Of a DNA stretch of 64,000 nt, positions 37,867 to 49,900 are shown piece after piece. Origin of the DNA: Rhizaria sp. SCN 62-66 (Eukaryota); contig MEDY01000074.1 in assembly GCA_001724265.1 (NCBI GenBank), positions 1 to 64,000 on the forward strand, read 5' to 3'. The notes beneath the pieces are model-generated. The model was not told the origin of the DNA, did not search any database, and worked only from the letters and a program-made list of their open reading frames with translations. Within the stretch, counting starts at the first letter, position 1. Each line of letters begins with the position of its first letter. The position numbers and the translations under genes were made by a program.

Positions 37867-38903
37867 CAGGCTCAACGCCCTGATCTAAAAGTGCAACGTC
37901 GAATGTTATTGATTATGTGAGCGTAAAAGACATCCAAACCAGAATTCGTCAAAGCAACCAACGGATCTTATTTAGGCGTACCTATAAAAAAGGTTTTCTT
38001 GCTCTACCCCACGTTTAACACGGAGACATATGCCTTCAAAAGCGAGTTGTCAAATGGACTTGATGCACAACAAACCCGGCGAGAGGTCTAGGACAGAGAT
38101 TCAAAGCAAACAGACGTGTTATTAAAATGGCTGCAAGTTTGGGTGAGATGATATATCAGCAGCTGTGTAATTACGCAATTAACGATCAATTCCAACTGGT
38201 GTCGTGCCTCCAAGTCAAGGGTCAAACAATGCGATACTGCGGAACAACAAATGTGGTGAGCAACATATCTCGGAGAAAGTGCTGCACTTCTTGCTGCACT
38301 TTCAAATGATTCTTTATATATCCAGTAAAACATACGTTAAAAAAACGACGTTTAAGTTGTACATATAAAATCATTGTGTTCTTACTCCGAAATTTGAGCA
38401 CGAAATAAGAGTCCGATGTTTGTTTGCTGAGGAGCGCAGTCCAACTTGAAGACAACGGTCGAAAAACTCACAGTCACTTTCTTGCTGTGCCAAGGCGCAA
38501 CTGAGGAGAATAGAGAAAGTGTATCATATTATTGGGGTGTGTATTATAATAAAAACGAAAATAATAAAAATAATAATTTTTGTGGTAAGGCCAGCCAATA
38601 AATACCTCGAGCGGTGCCCACGTGCAGCCGACATTTACTTTGTCAGCCGCACTCGCGAGCAACCGCTGCGTCTCGCTCGCTGTTGCTGCTGAAACCAAAC
38701 GATGTTTGATTTTGTGAGTGTTTTGTTATAAACTTTTCTTGTTGTTGAGCTACCGGCGCAAAAAAAAAACAACCGCGCAACGGCAGAAAACAATAGAGAG
38801 TTATTACTACGTGCTATGTAGTTTCGGAGGATCCCCTCCTTGCATCATCCATCCAGTCGCTAAAAAAGAGCACGAAACCGAGCTCAATCAATCGCTTGTT
38901 TGC

Positions 38904-40385
38904 TTACTGCATCTTAAAGAAGTCGTGGACGTCACTGGGGACGTTGCCGGTGGCGACCTCGGTACGGCGCAGCAGCGTGAGATTGGGCTCAGCGTGCGTC
39001 GCCTTGGAGACGACGTAGTGCTCGATCATCACCTGCAGCTCCATGGGCGAGTAGCGCTTGGTCTGCACGTGCGTGCCAGCGCGGTCGTGCATCTCCTGCG
39101 CGTTGTTGGACGGGAAGTTGCGCATCGAAGTGGCGACGATAACGGCACCACGGCGCGGCGGGCAATCAATAACGTTGGCAAGCGCATCGACGCCGGCGAG
39201 ACGGCGCGCGGGCAGCTTCGTGACACGCTGCGGGTGCACAAAGTCGGAGAGCATGTCCATGCCGTTGATATTATCGATGGCAAAGAGCACGGGCACGGCC
39301 GTGGTGTGCTGCAGTTCCCAATAGAAGGCGTAGAGAGCCTCGGTGGCGAGATCGGTACGCCACGCGCCGAGCGCGCAGAGGTCGAGCAGCGTCGCGGGCG
39401 CGGCCGTGGGGCGCGGCAGCGAGTCCTTGGCGGGGAACGGAAGCGCGATGCGCGCGTCGGCGTCCGTGAGCGGGGGCTCGAACATCGGGTGCTGGGCACC
39501 GGCCCAAGGCCACGCGGCGTAGTCGCCCTGGAGCGGGATCTGCGACAGAATGGCCGAGTTCTCCACACCGAACTTCTCGAGGAACTCGCGCGAGAAGAGC
39601 GGCTGCGTGAAAACGTGGGGGCGCGAAGCAGAGGGCTGGATCAGACCCAGGGGGTCACGCGCCCAGGTGTCGATTGACGTGCCGACGACGAGCCAGCCAG
39701 CGTGCCGGGCCCACTCGGCGGCGTAGGCCAGAGTCGTCGACTTGCCCGTGCCGCGGTGGCCGTAGATAATGGCGAGGTTCTTGGCGGCGGGCGCGTAGCC
39801 CGTCTCGCGCGAGGGTGGGAACGGCAGGCTGATGTCGTTGCCGTTCTCGCGGAGGAAAGTCACGGCGTCAACCATGGGTTGGCGGACGAGCATGAAGCCG
39901 TGGGTGAACTCGAGCTCGCGCGCGATAGCGGGCAGCAGCGGCGCAGGGATAAGGTCCTTGTTGACCTCGTAGAGACTCATCACGTCCTCGGGACTGTGCT
40001 CGAGGATGGACTTGGTCGTGTACTGCTCGAGCGCCTGCACGCGCTGCTCCATCGTAGGCGGCGTGCGGAGGTAGTCGGCGAGCTGCAGACGCGGGTTGTT
40101 GGCGTTGGTCAACGCCTTGCGCGCCTCCACAACGGCCTCAGACATCTTGCGCTCCACGTAGCCGCGGCTGCCAAAGCGCGCAGGCACGGTCACGGGGGTG
40201 GCCGCCGCCGCGGCGCGGGCCTGCACCGAAGACGAGAGAACGGAAGACGAAAGAGACGCGGACGCCATCGTCGAGGCGTAGGCCTTGGACGAGACGGTGG
40301 GCATGGCGCAGCCCGCAGCACGGAAGAGCGTGCGCGCAAGCGACGGGCCGGCGAAGGCCTTCTTCACACCAATGCTACCAAGCAT
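38904..40385 (-). CDS. DAP3: Mitochondrial small-subunit ribosomal protein mS29 / DAP3
   Basis: N-terminal Arg/Ser/Ala-rich presequence. GFMLVRQP, P-loop IYGHRGTGKSTTLA..A...GWLVV, VPVLFAIDNIN, TGNVP. Ends at TAA. Confidence 0.85.
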   Translation of the reverse strand: MLGSIGVKKAFAGPSLARTLFRAAGCAMPTVSSKAYASTMASASLSSSVLSSSVQARAAAAATPVTVPARFGSRGYVERKMSEAVVEARKALTNANNPRLQLADYLRTPPTMEQRVQALEQYTTKSILEHSPEDVMSLYEVNKDLIPAPLLPAIARELEFTHGFMLVRQPMVDAVTFLRENGNDISLPFPPSRETGYAPAAKNLAIIYGHRGTGKSTTLAYAAEWARHAGWLVVGTSIDTWARDPLGLIQPSASRPHVFTQPLFSREFLEKFGVENSAILSQIPLQGDYAAWPWAGAQHPMFEPPLTDADARIALPFPAKDSLPRPTAAPATLLDLCALGAWRTDLATEALYAFYWELQHTTAVPVLFAIDNINGMDMLSDFVHPQRVTKLPARRLAGVDALANVIDCPPRRGAVIVATSMRNFPSNNAQEMHDRAGTHVQTKRYSPMELQVMIEHYVVSKATHAEPNLTLLRRTEVATGNVPSDVHDFFKMQ

Positions 40386-40627
40386 TGGGGCGAGCTGTCC
40401 CTGCACAGTCAAGCGTGGGGAAACACAGTGGGCGAGTGGGAGGAGGTGAGGTAAAGTCAATCGAGCAAAGGGAAGACGGTCGTGAATAGATGCAGCACAA
40501 AAATATGGTATGTCCTTTGACAGATCACATCTAAACATTTTATTCACATGTTAACAAAAACTTGGTGTAGCCTCAAAAGCCGGTTTGTTCGAAATCCTCT
40601 GCGCACCTAGCCCTTAGAACGACCAGT

Positions 40628-40656
40628 GACCGTGAGCAGCCCTTAGAGCCGGTCTG
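40628..40656 (+). promoter_or_regulatory. Candidate bipartite element GACCGTGAGCAG-N6-GAGCCGGTCTG in the DAP3/CWC18 divergent promoter
   Basis: Identical words to 14945-14986, roughly midway between the two ATGs. Confidence 0.4.
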
Positions 40657-40872
40657 ATTCCAGCTTCTTGTCTCTCTTAGGCCCAAATATAACTCTACTC
40701 AAACGAAGTTTTATTACAAAATCATATGCACAGTTTTAAATACTTATCTTTAATTTCATCACTATTGACGGATCTTAGGCTCACATACGCTTCACTTTTG
40801 CTCTCCTGGCCATAGCCGTTCGCGTTCTACGTTCCTCTCAATTCGCTCTGGACTCTCCCTCAATCAAGGACA

Positions 40873-41370
40873 ATGAGCAAGAAGGCCGCTATGGACGACC
40901 TTGACGACGTCACTCTCCCCCGCGACCGCTCCGAAGGCGCCACTGGTGCCGCCGACGCCGCCACCGACGGCAACGACGGATCCTCAACGGATACCTCGTC
41001 TTCCTCCGACTCATCTGACTCCGACTCAGACTCCGACTCCGAGACCGAGGCTGACGGGGCCAAGGTGCAGCTCAAGTTCCGCAACTACCGCCCGTTTGAC
41101 CCCAAGCTGCAGCAGTTTGTCGTCCCGCCCGCATCGGCCGCGGCGGACCTGGCGTGGCTGAACGAGGAAGTCAACGCCGTCGTCGCCCGCGCCCGCGCCT
41201 CCGACACCGCTTTGCTCAACATCGCGCCCCGCCCCGCGGACTGGGACCTCGCGCGCGACGCTGCGCCGCGCCTCGCAGTGCTTGCTGCGCGCACGCGTCG
41301 CGCCATCGCACTCGCGGTCCGCGATAAGATCCGCGCCGCCAACGCCGGCAACAACGCCACCTCTGCGTAA
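40873..41370 (+). CDS. CCDC12: Cwf18/CWC18 (CCDC12) pre-mRNA splicing factor
   Basis: LKFRNYRPFDPKL and LLNIAPRPADWDLARD..PRLAVLAARTRRAI match the cwf18 family. Ends at TAA. Confidence 0.88.
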   Translation: MSKKAAMDDLDDVTLPRDRSEGATGAADAATDGNDGSSTDTSSSSDSSDSDSDSDSETEADGAKVQLKFRNYRPFDPKLQQFVVPPASAAADLAWLNEEVNAVVARARASDTALLNIAPRPADWDLARDAAPRLAVLAARTRRAIALAVRDKIRAANAGNNATSA

Positions 41371-41724
41371 GCCATCAGCTCTGTCACCAAACGCGTGTTT
41401 TCTACACCACATGATACCAGCCATGAGCTGAACCCGTGTATTAGAAACTGTGCGCTACGTGTTGCACGTGCGACCACTGTGATATGGTTTCATGTTGCCT
41501 TAGGGCAAGTGCAAACCGTGTCAGTCGACAATCGACATTACATAGTCTTCATTATAAGTCTTCTACTTAGCTTTCTAATCAATAATCCATCAATAAAATG
41601 TGTGTATATTATCCGCACAAGCTCCTTCGAGTCGGACAATCGTATATCTATGTATTGAAGCCTTATCTGGCCTCGCCATATCGCTATGTAAAATTAGTCA
41701 AATTGTGATCATGTAGCGTTACAG

Positions 41725-44448
41725 TCACTGCATGTTGAGCCGGTAACTGCGCGCAGCCTTCGCCAGGCTGTCCGCCATCTCGCGCTGCATCTGCGCGGCG
41801 CGCGCTGCCTTATCAGCACGTTCACGCTCTTCTTTGCGCGCCACACTTCTCTCGAGCGCGCGCTGCGCCGCCAGTGAGCGGTCACGCTTCGCCCGCGCAG
41901 CCGCGTCAAGCGCGAGCGCTTGCTCGTAGTTGCGTCGCTGCAGCAGCACCCACTGCGGCGCCATCGGCTGCACGCTGGGGTCCTCGCCCTCACCTGCCGC
42001 GTCCGCGCCTTCCTGAGGCTCAATTGCGGCGGTCGAACCACGCTCAGCGGTCTGCGGCATCTGCAGCAGCTCAGCGTCGCCGGGCCGCGCAATGCCCGCC
42101 ATAGAGCGCGTGATAGCCGTGTATAGCGGCGCGTGAGCCGGGGGGCACGGTGGAGGCGGCGGGTCGATGGCCATCTGCGCCCGCAGCGGCGGCGGAGGCA
42201 TCGGACAGAAGTGTGCACGTTGCGGCGCGCGAGCGGGCTTCAGACCGCCATTCACCACCGCATTAGAACTATGAACAGCAGCCGCTGCAGTCTTGCTCTT
42301 GCTGCTCTTGGCCTTGTGGGCGCCCTTATGTCCAATATCATCGCCGCTGTCGTCGCCACCGTCGCCGTCACCGTCAACATCAAGACTGCTCAGGTCCAGC
42401 TTGCTCAGCCGCATATGCGGGTGCACATTGGCCTTCGCAGCAGCCGCAGCCGCAGAGGCCTTCGCCGCTGCCGCCGCACTGCGGGGCGCTGTGCGCGGAC
42501 GGTGCGGCCGCTCGTACGACCGCACAAGCCCCTGCGCCCGCATCGCAGACTACGATTGCGGTTGACCTTGCGATCGCGACGGTGATTCCCACTGGCGGAT
42601 CGCCTCAACGCGCGCGCGGACTGCGACGTCGTTCGCATTCGCGCGCGCGTCGTAACGCGATACCTTGCTGTACGCCACCGCCGTCCGCGGCGCCGAGTTG
42701 GGCCGGCCACTCGCGCTGCTCGGCCGCTGCGCGTGGCCCCAGGCCTCGCCGACCGTGCCCGCGCCGCACTTGCCAGTCGCAGCGCTTGACTCGGTCTCGC
42801 CGCGCGGCATCGCGGCCCCCGAGATGACGGCGACGGCGCGCGCAACGGCCTGAGCGCGGGCGTGGGTGCGCGCAGCAGTCGTCGCAGTGTCACCGTACGC
42901 GCGCACGGCCGTGGGCGTCGCATCATCACCACCGCCGTTGCCAACGCCGTCATCAGCCTCACCGCGCTCATGGTCACTGCCGCGCGAGAGCGCCGCTGCT
43001 GTGGAGCCCGCGGTGGGCGGACGGCGTGCGGGCGCGGCGGTGAGCAAAAGGGGATCGGGTCCGTGCTGGGTCCAACGGGGGCGGCAATCCAGTGGCAATG
43101 GCCCACGCGGCGGTCGCGATTGCGACGGCGACGACGCGAGAAACGCAGCCACCGCAGTGCCGGCCGCGGGCACGGAAGCAGCGGTGCCAGATCCGCTCGC
43201 TGCGGTGGCAGGAACGGCAGTGGCGGGGCGCGGGCGCGGGCGTGGGGCACTGCTGAAGGAGTCGCTGCCCGCAGTTGGCGCTGCGGTTTGGGGCCGTTGA
43301 CGCGCGCCGGGGCCGTGGCCGTTGTTATGGCTGTGTGACGCTGTGTTGGAGCCAGTGGTCGACTTGGGCAGGTCAGTGATGAATTCGTTCTTGATCGACT
43401 CATGAAGCTAAAAACATTAAAAACAAATCAGCACATTTTAATTGAGCAAAATCGATTGATATTAGACACATTGAAATGCATTTTGATGCGATGTAGGAAA
43501 TATTCGTGTTAAACGCACCTCGTCCTCCTCGCGCTTGCGCTGCATCTGCGTCTGTGCGTGCATACGTTTCGCCGCCGCAATCTCCGCCGGCAGCGGCCAC
43601 CGCGCGCGCACGTCCCGCTCAAAGCTCAACACAGCGCGCGCGCGCTCCTCGTAGTTCTCGCGCAGCGCCGCGGCCTCTTCGAGCAGCTGCTGTTCAGTCT
43701 CCTGGTTTTGCAGCAGCGATCCCCAACGCGACTCGGCGTAGCCCAGCGGCAGACCGCGCGGTGGCGGCGGCCGACGGCGCTCCGGCGTCGACGGGCCCGC
43801 GTGCGCATGCGCGGGCACGGACGCAGGCGCGGCAACGGCAGCGGGGGCGGCAGACCGGCGCGCGCCCGCAGTCGCAGGGCGTGTTTGTTGTTCTAGTTGC
43901 TGCTGTTGCAGTTGCGCTTGTTGCGTTGACTCCTGCTGTCCACTCTGCTGATCTTGATGTTGCTGACGGCGCTGCGCGTGTGACAAGCCCGGTGCAAGCC
44001 CGAGCCTGTGGTGGCGTTCTCGCTCGACGCGCGCGCGCTAGGCCCAGCGCGCCGCCTCCAGCAGCCGCGCGTGGCGCTCAGCAGCGCGCTGCTCGGATCC
44101 GGGGTGCGGGCGCGTCGCATCGGCGATGCACAGCGCGGGTGACACGTTCAGCGCGAGCGCGGAGAACGCCGGGGACTCCGCCAGCCGTGCTGCGATGGCC
44201 TCATCCCACGCCGCGCGGCGGCGCTCAGCGTGCTCAAGCCGCGCACGCTGCGCGCGCTCGCGGGCGGACCGCGGCGGCCGCCATGTGCGCTGCGGCTGCC
44301 GTCGCAGGCCGTGGCCATAATCGTAGTCGTCCTCGTCGTCTTCGATGCCTGCGAACTCGATCCCATCATTAACGCAGGCGCCGACGCCGTGATTATCGAC
44401 GGGCTGCGACTCGGGCTGTTGCCGCTGCGGCTCTCGACGAGCGTACTC

Positions 44449-44509
<61 letters not shown>

Positions 44510-46260
44510 GGCGCGTACTCTTGCTGATGCTCAGGCTGTTGCTGTTGTTGGTAATGTTGATGATTTGGCTGCTTTTGTTGCTGCGGTGACGCGTTGCGCA
44601 TGTTAGCGCCTGTGTCTGCGGGCAGCGCGCGGACAAGCGGGCCCAGCCGAGGGTCTTCAAACAACAATGGCCGCAAAGTCTCGTTTGCACTGACACCAAC
44701 ATGCCCAGTCTCACACAGTTGCTGTTGCTCCTGTTGTTGCTCCTTTTCACGTTGGAGCTGCTTCTCGCGTTCGAGCTCGCGACCGCGCGCAAGCCACAGC
44801 TGCCGCGTGATCGCAAGCTCCCGCGCAACAGCCTGGTCGCGCTGCAGATCCCGCTGTCGCTCGCGCTCGCGCTCGGCTTCCCACCCGCGCAGCTCAGACA
44901 TGTCGCGCGCCGGCGGACTCAGCGGCTCTGCGCGCGGTGAAACTGCCGTTGGTAAAGTTGCCGCCGGTGGGCCAACATGCGGGTCTGCGGGCCGCGGGCC
45001 GGAGCTGGGAGTCGCGGCGCACTGGCCTTGTGTAGCTTGTTCCGTATGCGCAAGAGTCTGAGGCTGCGACTGGGTGTGAACCTGTAAAGACTGTGGCTGC
45101 AAGCGCGTCTGGGGCTTTGCGGGGGGCGTGTGTGGCTGTGTTGGCGAGTGCTGTGCTACTGGCGAGTCGGCGGGACTCGGAGTGTCGTGATACTGTTGTG
45201 CTAACGCATCATGGAACATGCTCATGTCGCCACGCATCGTAAAGTCGCTGCGCATATTGGCAACACCATCGCCTGTCGGTTGTAAGCTGTCCTTACGTTG
45301 TTTGTCGTCGTTGTGTTGCGTGTCAGCGTTACGCACTTTATCATCCGCAAGCCACAAGTCTAAGCCACCCATAGCAGCGCCCAGCCCAGTCTGCTGGCCA
45401 GCACTCGGCTGTTGCGGTTTAATCAACAAGTGTTGACTCGGCACCGGCGTTAGCGTCGCGCCAGAGTCCAGAGCGGCACTCGCATGCGCACTCGCTGCTG
45501 CGTTCCTGTCCTGCGCTTGCACTTGCCTCGAGCGATCGCCTGCAGCCGCAGCCGCAGGCGCAGCCGGTGCAGGAGCAGCGTCGCGTGCAGGCCCCACAGT
45601 GGGCGCGGCTGTCGCCGCCGTAGTGACCGTGCGCGCAGTGACCGGAGACTCAGCCGCCGGCTCAGGGGCCGCGACCAACACTGCCGCAGTCGTCGCAGTC
45701 GCCGCTTCTGGCGCGGCAGGGGGCCCAGCGGCATCAAGAGGCTTCGCCTCAGCTTTCACCCGCTGCGGCACTGACGCGGCTGCAAGCGCGGAAGGCGTCG
45801 ACGCGTCCGGCGAGGGCTCGATAGAGCCCACTGGAGCGTATGCGTCATTCGCAGCGTTGTAGTTGTAGCCATAGTCCATTGCATGCGCGTGTGCGTGCGC
45901 GTTGGCGTGGTCCAAGTCATCGCCGTAGCCGCCGCCGTAGATGCCACCGAATCCGCCGTAGACGTCGCTGCCGAAGACACCCGGCGCGGGGTACGCGAAG
46001 CCGAACGCGGCGGCGTCCTGTGACGCTGACAACGCTGAGGCCGCCGCAGTCGGAGGCGCAGACGAGGATGAGGACAACAACGGCGCGAGCGAGAGCCCGC
46101 CATGGGAGCCCGCGGCGTTGGCCGAGTATGCGGTCGTGGGGGCGCCGCCGTAGAGGTCGTAGGCGTGCGTGGCGAAGACATATGTATCGCCGCCTTCACC
46201 GTCAGCCTCGCTGACGGTTGCTGGGGCGCTTGTGTTGGCGCCACCAGGGTTGAAGGACAT
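41725..46260 (-). CDS. Large Gln/Ala-rich hypothetical protein with coiled-coil segments, about 1474 aa; exons 46260-43519 and 43407-41725; two in-frame TAGs
   Basis: Four track ORFs join in frame through TAG 44038-44040, intron 43518-43408 (GTGCGT..TTTTAG) and TAG 42550-42552. Ends at TGA. Confidence 0.7.
44449..44508 (-). repeat. CAG/CAA microsatellite encoding a 20-Gln tract
   Basis: (CTG)n run on the + strand inside the CDS. Confidence 0.9.
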
Positions 46261-46921
46261 CGTGTCTCAGCGCTGGCGGGGCAAGTCAGAGCGTGCTCAA
46301 TATGTGTGTCCTAAACTGTCAGTCCGCTGTGCGCCGTGTTTTGTACGAGTCAGACGTGACGCAGGGCTGCCTATCGTAGGGAGACAGAAAGAAGGTTTGA
46401 TAGCCGTTATTCCCTTGTGTGACTCGAAAGTTGGACCCTGCGACATGAATAGCATAGTCAAAAGTGTAGTTCGGGTTTGTTATGGGATACTATAATATAC
46501 ACAGCATAATAGCGCCCTGGCGTATCATATGAACATTCAGCCGTCATATGCATATGAATTATCAAGACGCTCAAAGTTCAGTTGAGCCACTTCCCTCTAT
46601 TAGGCTGGAGAGAAGCCAACATCGAGACTGTGAAACAAATAATTAAAAATAACCAAGCAATAATAGATTACGCCGTCGGTACACGTGTCCTTTGGGAAAT
46701 GACGATCAATTTCGCGAGAAATAGACTTCCAAAATCGGGCCTAGCAGCAGACTTGCCTCATGTGCCTCACAGCCCGCCAAGCCGAGCAAGCTCGAAATGA
46801 TTGTATCTCAGCTATATAGATCAACTTACGTAGTAAGATATTGTGTAACCTATAATACTACGCACTTCCTTTACTATTACTTTATAGGACCTCTAGAAAA
46901 GCACGATAAGCACCTCAGACG

Positions 46922-49900
46922 ATGTCTGACGCGAGCACTACCTCTTCTCGCGCGATGTCATCAAGTACACCAACCGCCTCACCGCGCACTCGAACGACAG
47001 AGCGTGCCAATTTTGATCTTTATGGCAGTGGTATTACATTTAACGATCTATTCGACGAGCTCCCGGCCGCATTCGGCGCATCAACGCCCGCGCGCGAGGC
47101 CGGGGCCGCCCTGGACAACGATGCCGCAGGTCACACGCTTCACTCTGCGCACCCTGTCACAGCTGCGTTGAGTCCAGACATCGCGTCGTTTCTTTATAAC
47201 CGCAACGCGCAGTCTCTTTTCCAGCCGGTCGGCGGTGCCGTCGGATAGTTTCCTAGCTCCACTGCATCCCCCAAGTGCGCCGCTAGCCCCGCCGGTGGTG
47301 TGGCAGCAGAGAAAGCTGCAGCGAACTCGGCCACGCCGAGCAACGCTGTCACTGCTGCAACATCCGCCGCGGCGGGGGTCTCTGCGTCGCCTTCCGCGGG
47401 AGCATCTCGCGCAGTTGCGGCAGGTGAGTCGGGTTCCCTGGCTGGCCAGGCCAACACGTTTGCGAGCAGCAAAACCAACGCCATCAGCAGTGAAACCACA
47501 GATGCTGCTGCCGCGTCTGACCACGAACACGAGAAGCAAGATGCACCCACCAAGAACGGCACTTCCACGTCTACTCGCGGTGTTTTGCGCTCGCCGTCAC
47601 AGTTACAGTTGCAGCCACAGGCGCAGTCTGATGATGGCGATGGTGACGCTGACAATGCGACTGCAGACGATGCAAGCCCCGCAGACACCCAGACCGAAAG
47701 CAGCCACAGCGCTGCCGAAAACAGTGGCAGCGCTGCCCAGACTGATCTTAGTCGCACTGACAAGGTCAAGACTAAGAGCAGCAGCACTGCCAAGGCCAAC
47801 AGTGAGAGTTCCGGTGGTGTTAATACTGCGGACAGTGGCGAGCTGTTGTTTGCGCGCGGAGGCACGAGCAAGAAGAGCAAGAAGTACGCACATGCAGCAA
47901 CGGGCGATACTGACGGTAAGAACTCGGACAAGAACGATGCTGCCGCTGCCTCCGCCACTGCTGCCGCTGCCGCTGCTGCTTCGAGTCCGGGCCTCGCGGT
48001 GACTGAGGACACGGCGCGTATCCGTGACGCGTTAGTGCGGGACACGGCCGAGAACAGCAAGAGCAGCCGCAAGAGTAGTGCCGACAAGAACAATGCCAGC
48101 AAGAACGACGTCACCAAGAGCAGCAACAGCAAAAGCAGCAGCAGCAAGAGCTCGAGTAGCAAGAGTGCGGGTAACGAGAGCGCGCGTGACGCGGCCGCCG
48201 AGAGCGCCGCCAAGAGCGGCCGCGGACAAGCAATGACCGACGGCGACGACGATGTTGACGACAGCACTGCTGACGGTGGCAAGGCTGTTCGTGATGATGT
48301 TGAGTCGAAGAGTAAGCGGCGCCAAAGCAAGGTCGCCGCCGCCGCAGCAGCTGCAGCTGACCCTATGTCTGACGGTGACACACACTCCGACAAGGTCGTT
48401 CGCGCGAATAGCAACAGCAGCAGCAGCGACGCCGCTGTCGCCGCTGTGGCCGCCGCCGCTCTCCCAAAGGCGGCCGCAGTGGTAGGGGCCTCCCCCGTGA
48501 AGGCGCATCGCAAGTCCTCGGCCAAGGCAGCCGCTGCCGCTGTTAACGCAGACACTGAGGCCGAGGCGGGCGCTGACGCTGCTGCCGCGCCCGCAGCGAA
48601 GCGCAAGAGCTCAAGCAAGGCCTCCGCAGTCAATGTGGACAAGACAGAGACCAGTGTGAGCCGGACGGCCAGCGGGGCCTCGGCTGCATCATCGCCGGCG
48701 CTTCCAGCAGCGACAGGAAAAAGGTTGCCTGCGCTAGTGGGTGATGTCAGCTACCTGCTGGTGGCCGACCACGACGCGAACATCTTCTCAGCTTCGCGCG
48801 GTGGCTCCCAGTCCAACTATCACTCCAGCCAGTCCAGTGCGAGCTCTCATGGCACGGACGAGGCGGTCTTTGGGAAGAAGATCAAGGGTCACAAGTCTTC
48901 GGTCAAAACGCCTCAAGCCAAGAGCCCCAGTCGTGGCAAGCTCGCTCGCGTCGACGGTGCGGGCGAGCAGAGTGAGAGTGGCCGCGCCAGTGACCGCGAG
49001 GAAGGCGACGACGGCAACGATGGTGGTGATGACGGCGGGATTGACAGCAAAGACGGTGTGAAGGTAAAGTCCGAGCCCCGCGTCAAGTACGAAGCCCGCA
49101 TCACGAGCGCGCGCAGCCTCGCCGCCGCCGCCGCGCACGCCGCCGCCCTCGCCTCGCCGCCCGGCCCGTCATCGGCGATCTCGGCGTCGACCGTGGCAGC
49201 AGTGAACCCTGCGCAGCAGAGCCCCAGTGCATCGGCGCCGCGGGCCGAGTCGAGCGTGCTGCGCGACGAGTTGCTGCGCAAAATTGCTGCGGACAAGGCC
49301 GCCGCGAAGGCGGCCGCGGACAAGGCCGCGGCGGCGACTGCGAAGACTGGTGCCGCGCCTAAGACGCCGAAGCTTCAGGCTGACGTCGTGGCCCGTGCGC
49401 GGGCCAATTCCGCTAGGGCCAGCGCCAGCGCCAGCGACGCTAGCGACGGCGTGGGCGATGACGAGTCTGGCTCTGACAGCGACGCCGAGTCCGACGCCGA
49501 TACCAAGAAGAACGCTGCGAGTCGGAAACTCACCAAGGAGGAGAGGAAGGCTGCCGCTGCTGCCAAGGCGGAAGCCAAGGCGGAGGCCAAAGCGGCTAGG
49601 GAGGCCGCGAAGGAGCAGGAGAAGGCAGATAAGGCCGCCGCCAAGGCACTGGCGCTTGCCGCGAAGGCCGCTGCCCGCGCCGCTGCTTTAGAGGCTAAGG
49701 AGCAAGAGAAGGCTGCCAAAGCCGCGGCGAAGGCGCAGGCTAAGCCCCCGCCCAAGACGCCCAAGACTACGCTTCACTCGGGGAGGAAGCGATCTTCAAC
49801 CGCCGCTGCGGCTGCCTCTTAGGACGACGTGTCTGACTCTGATAACGACGAAGTCGCGACTCCGCAGCAGCAGAAGAACCACAGCAAGAAAGAGCGCGAG

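Noticed and set aside
40560-40620. GTTCGAAATCC resembling a tRNA T-loop (possible suppressor tRNA)
   Set aside because: No cloverleaf could be formed. I found no tRNA gene in this window by eye.
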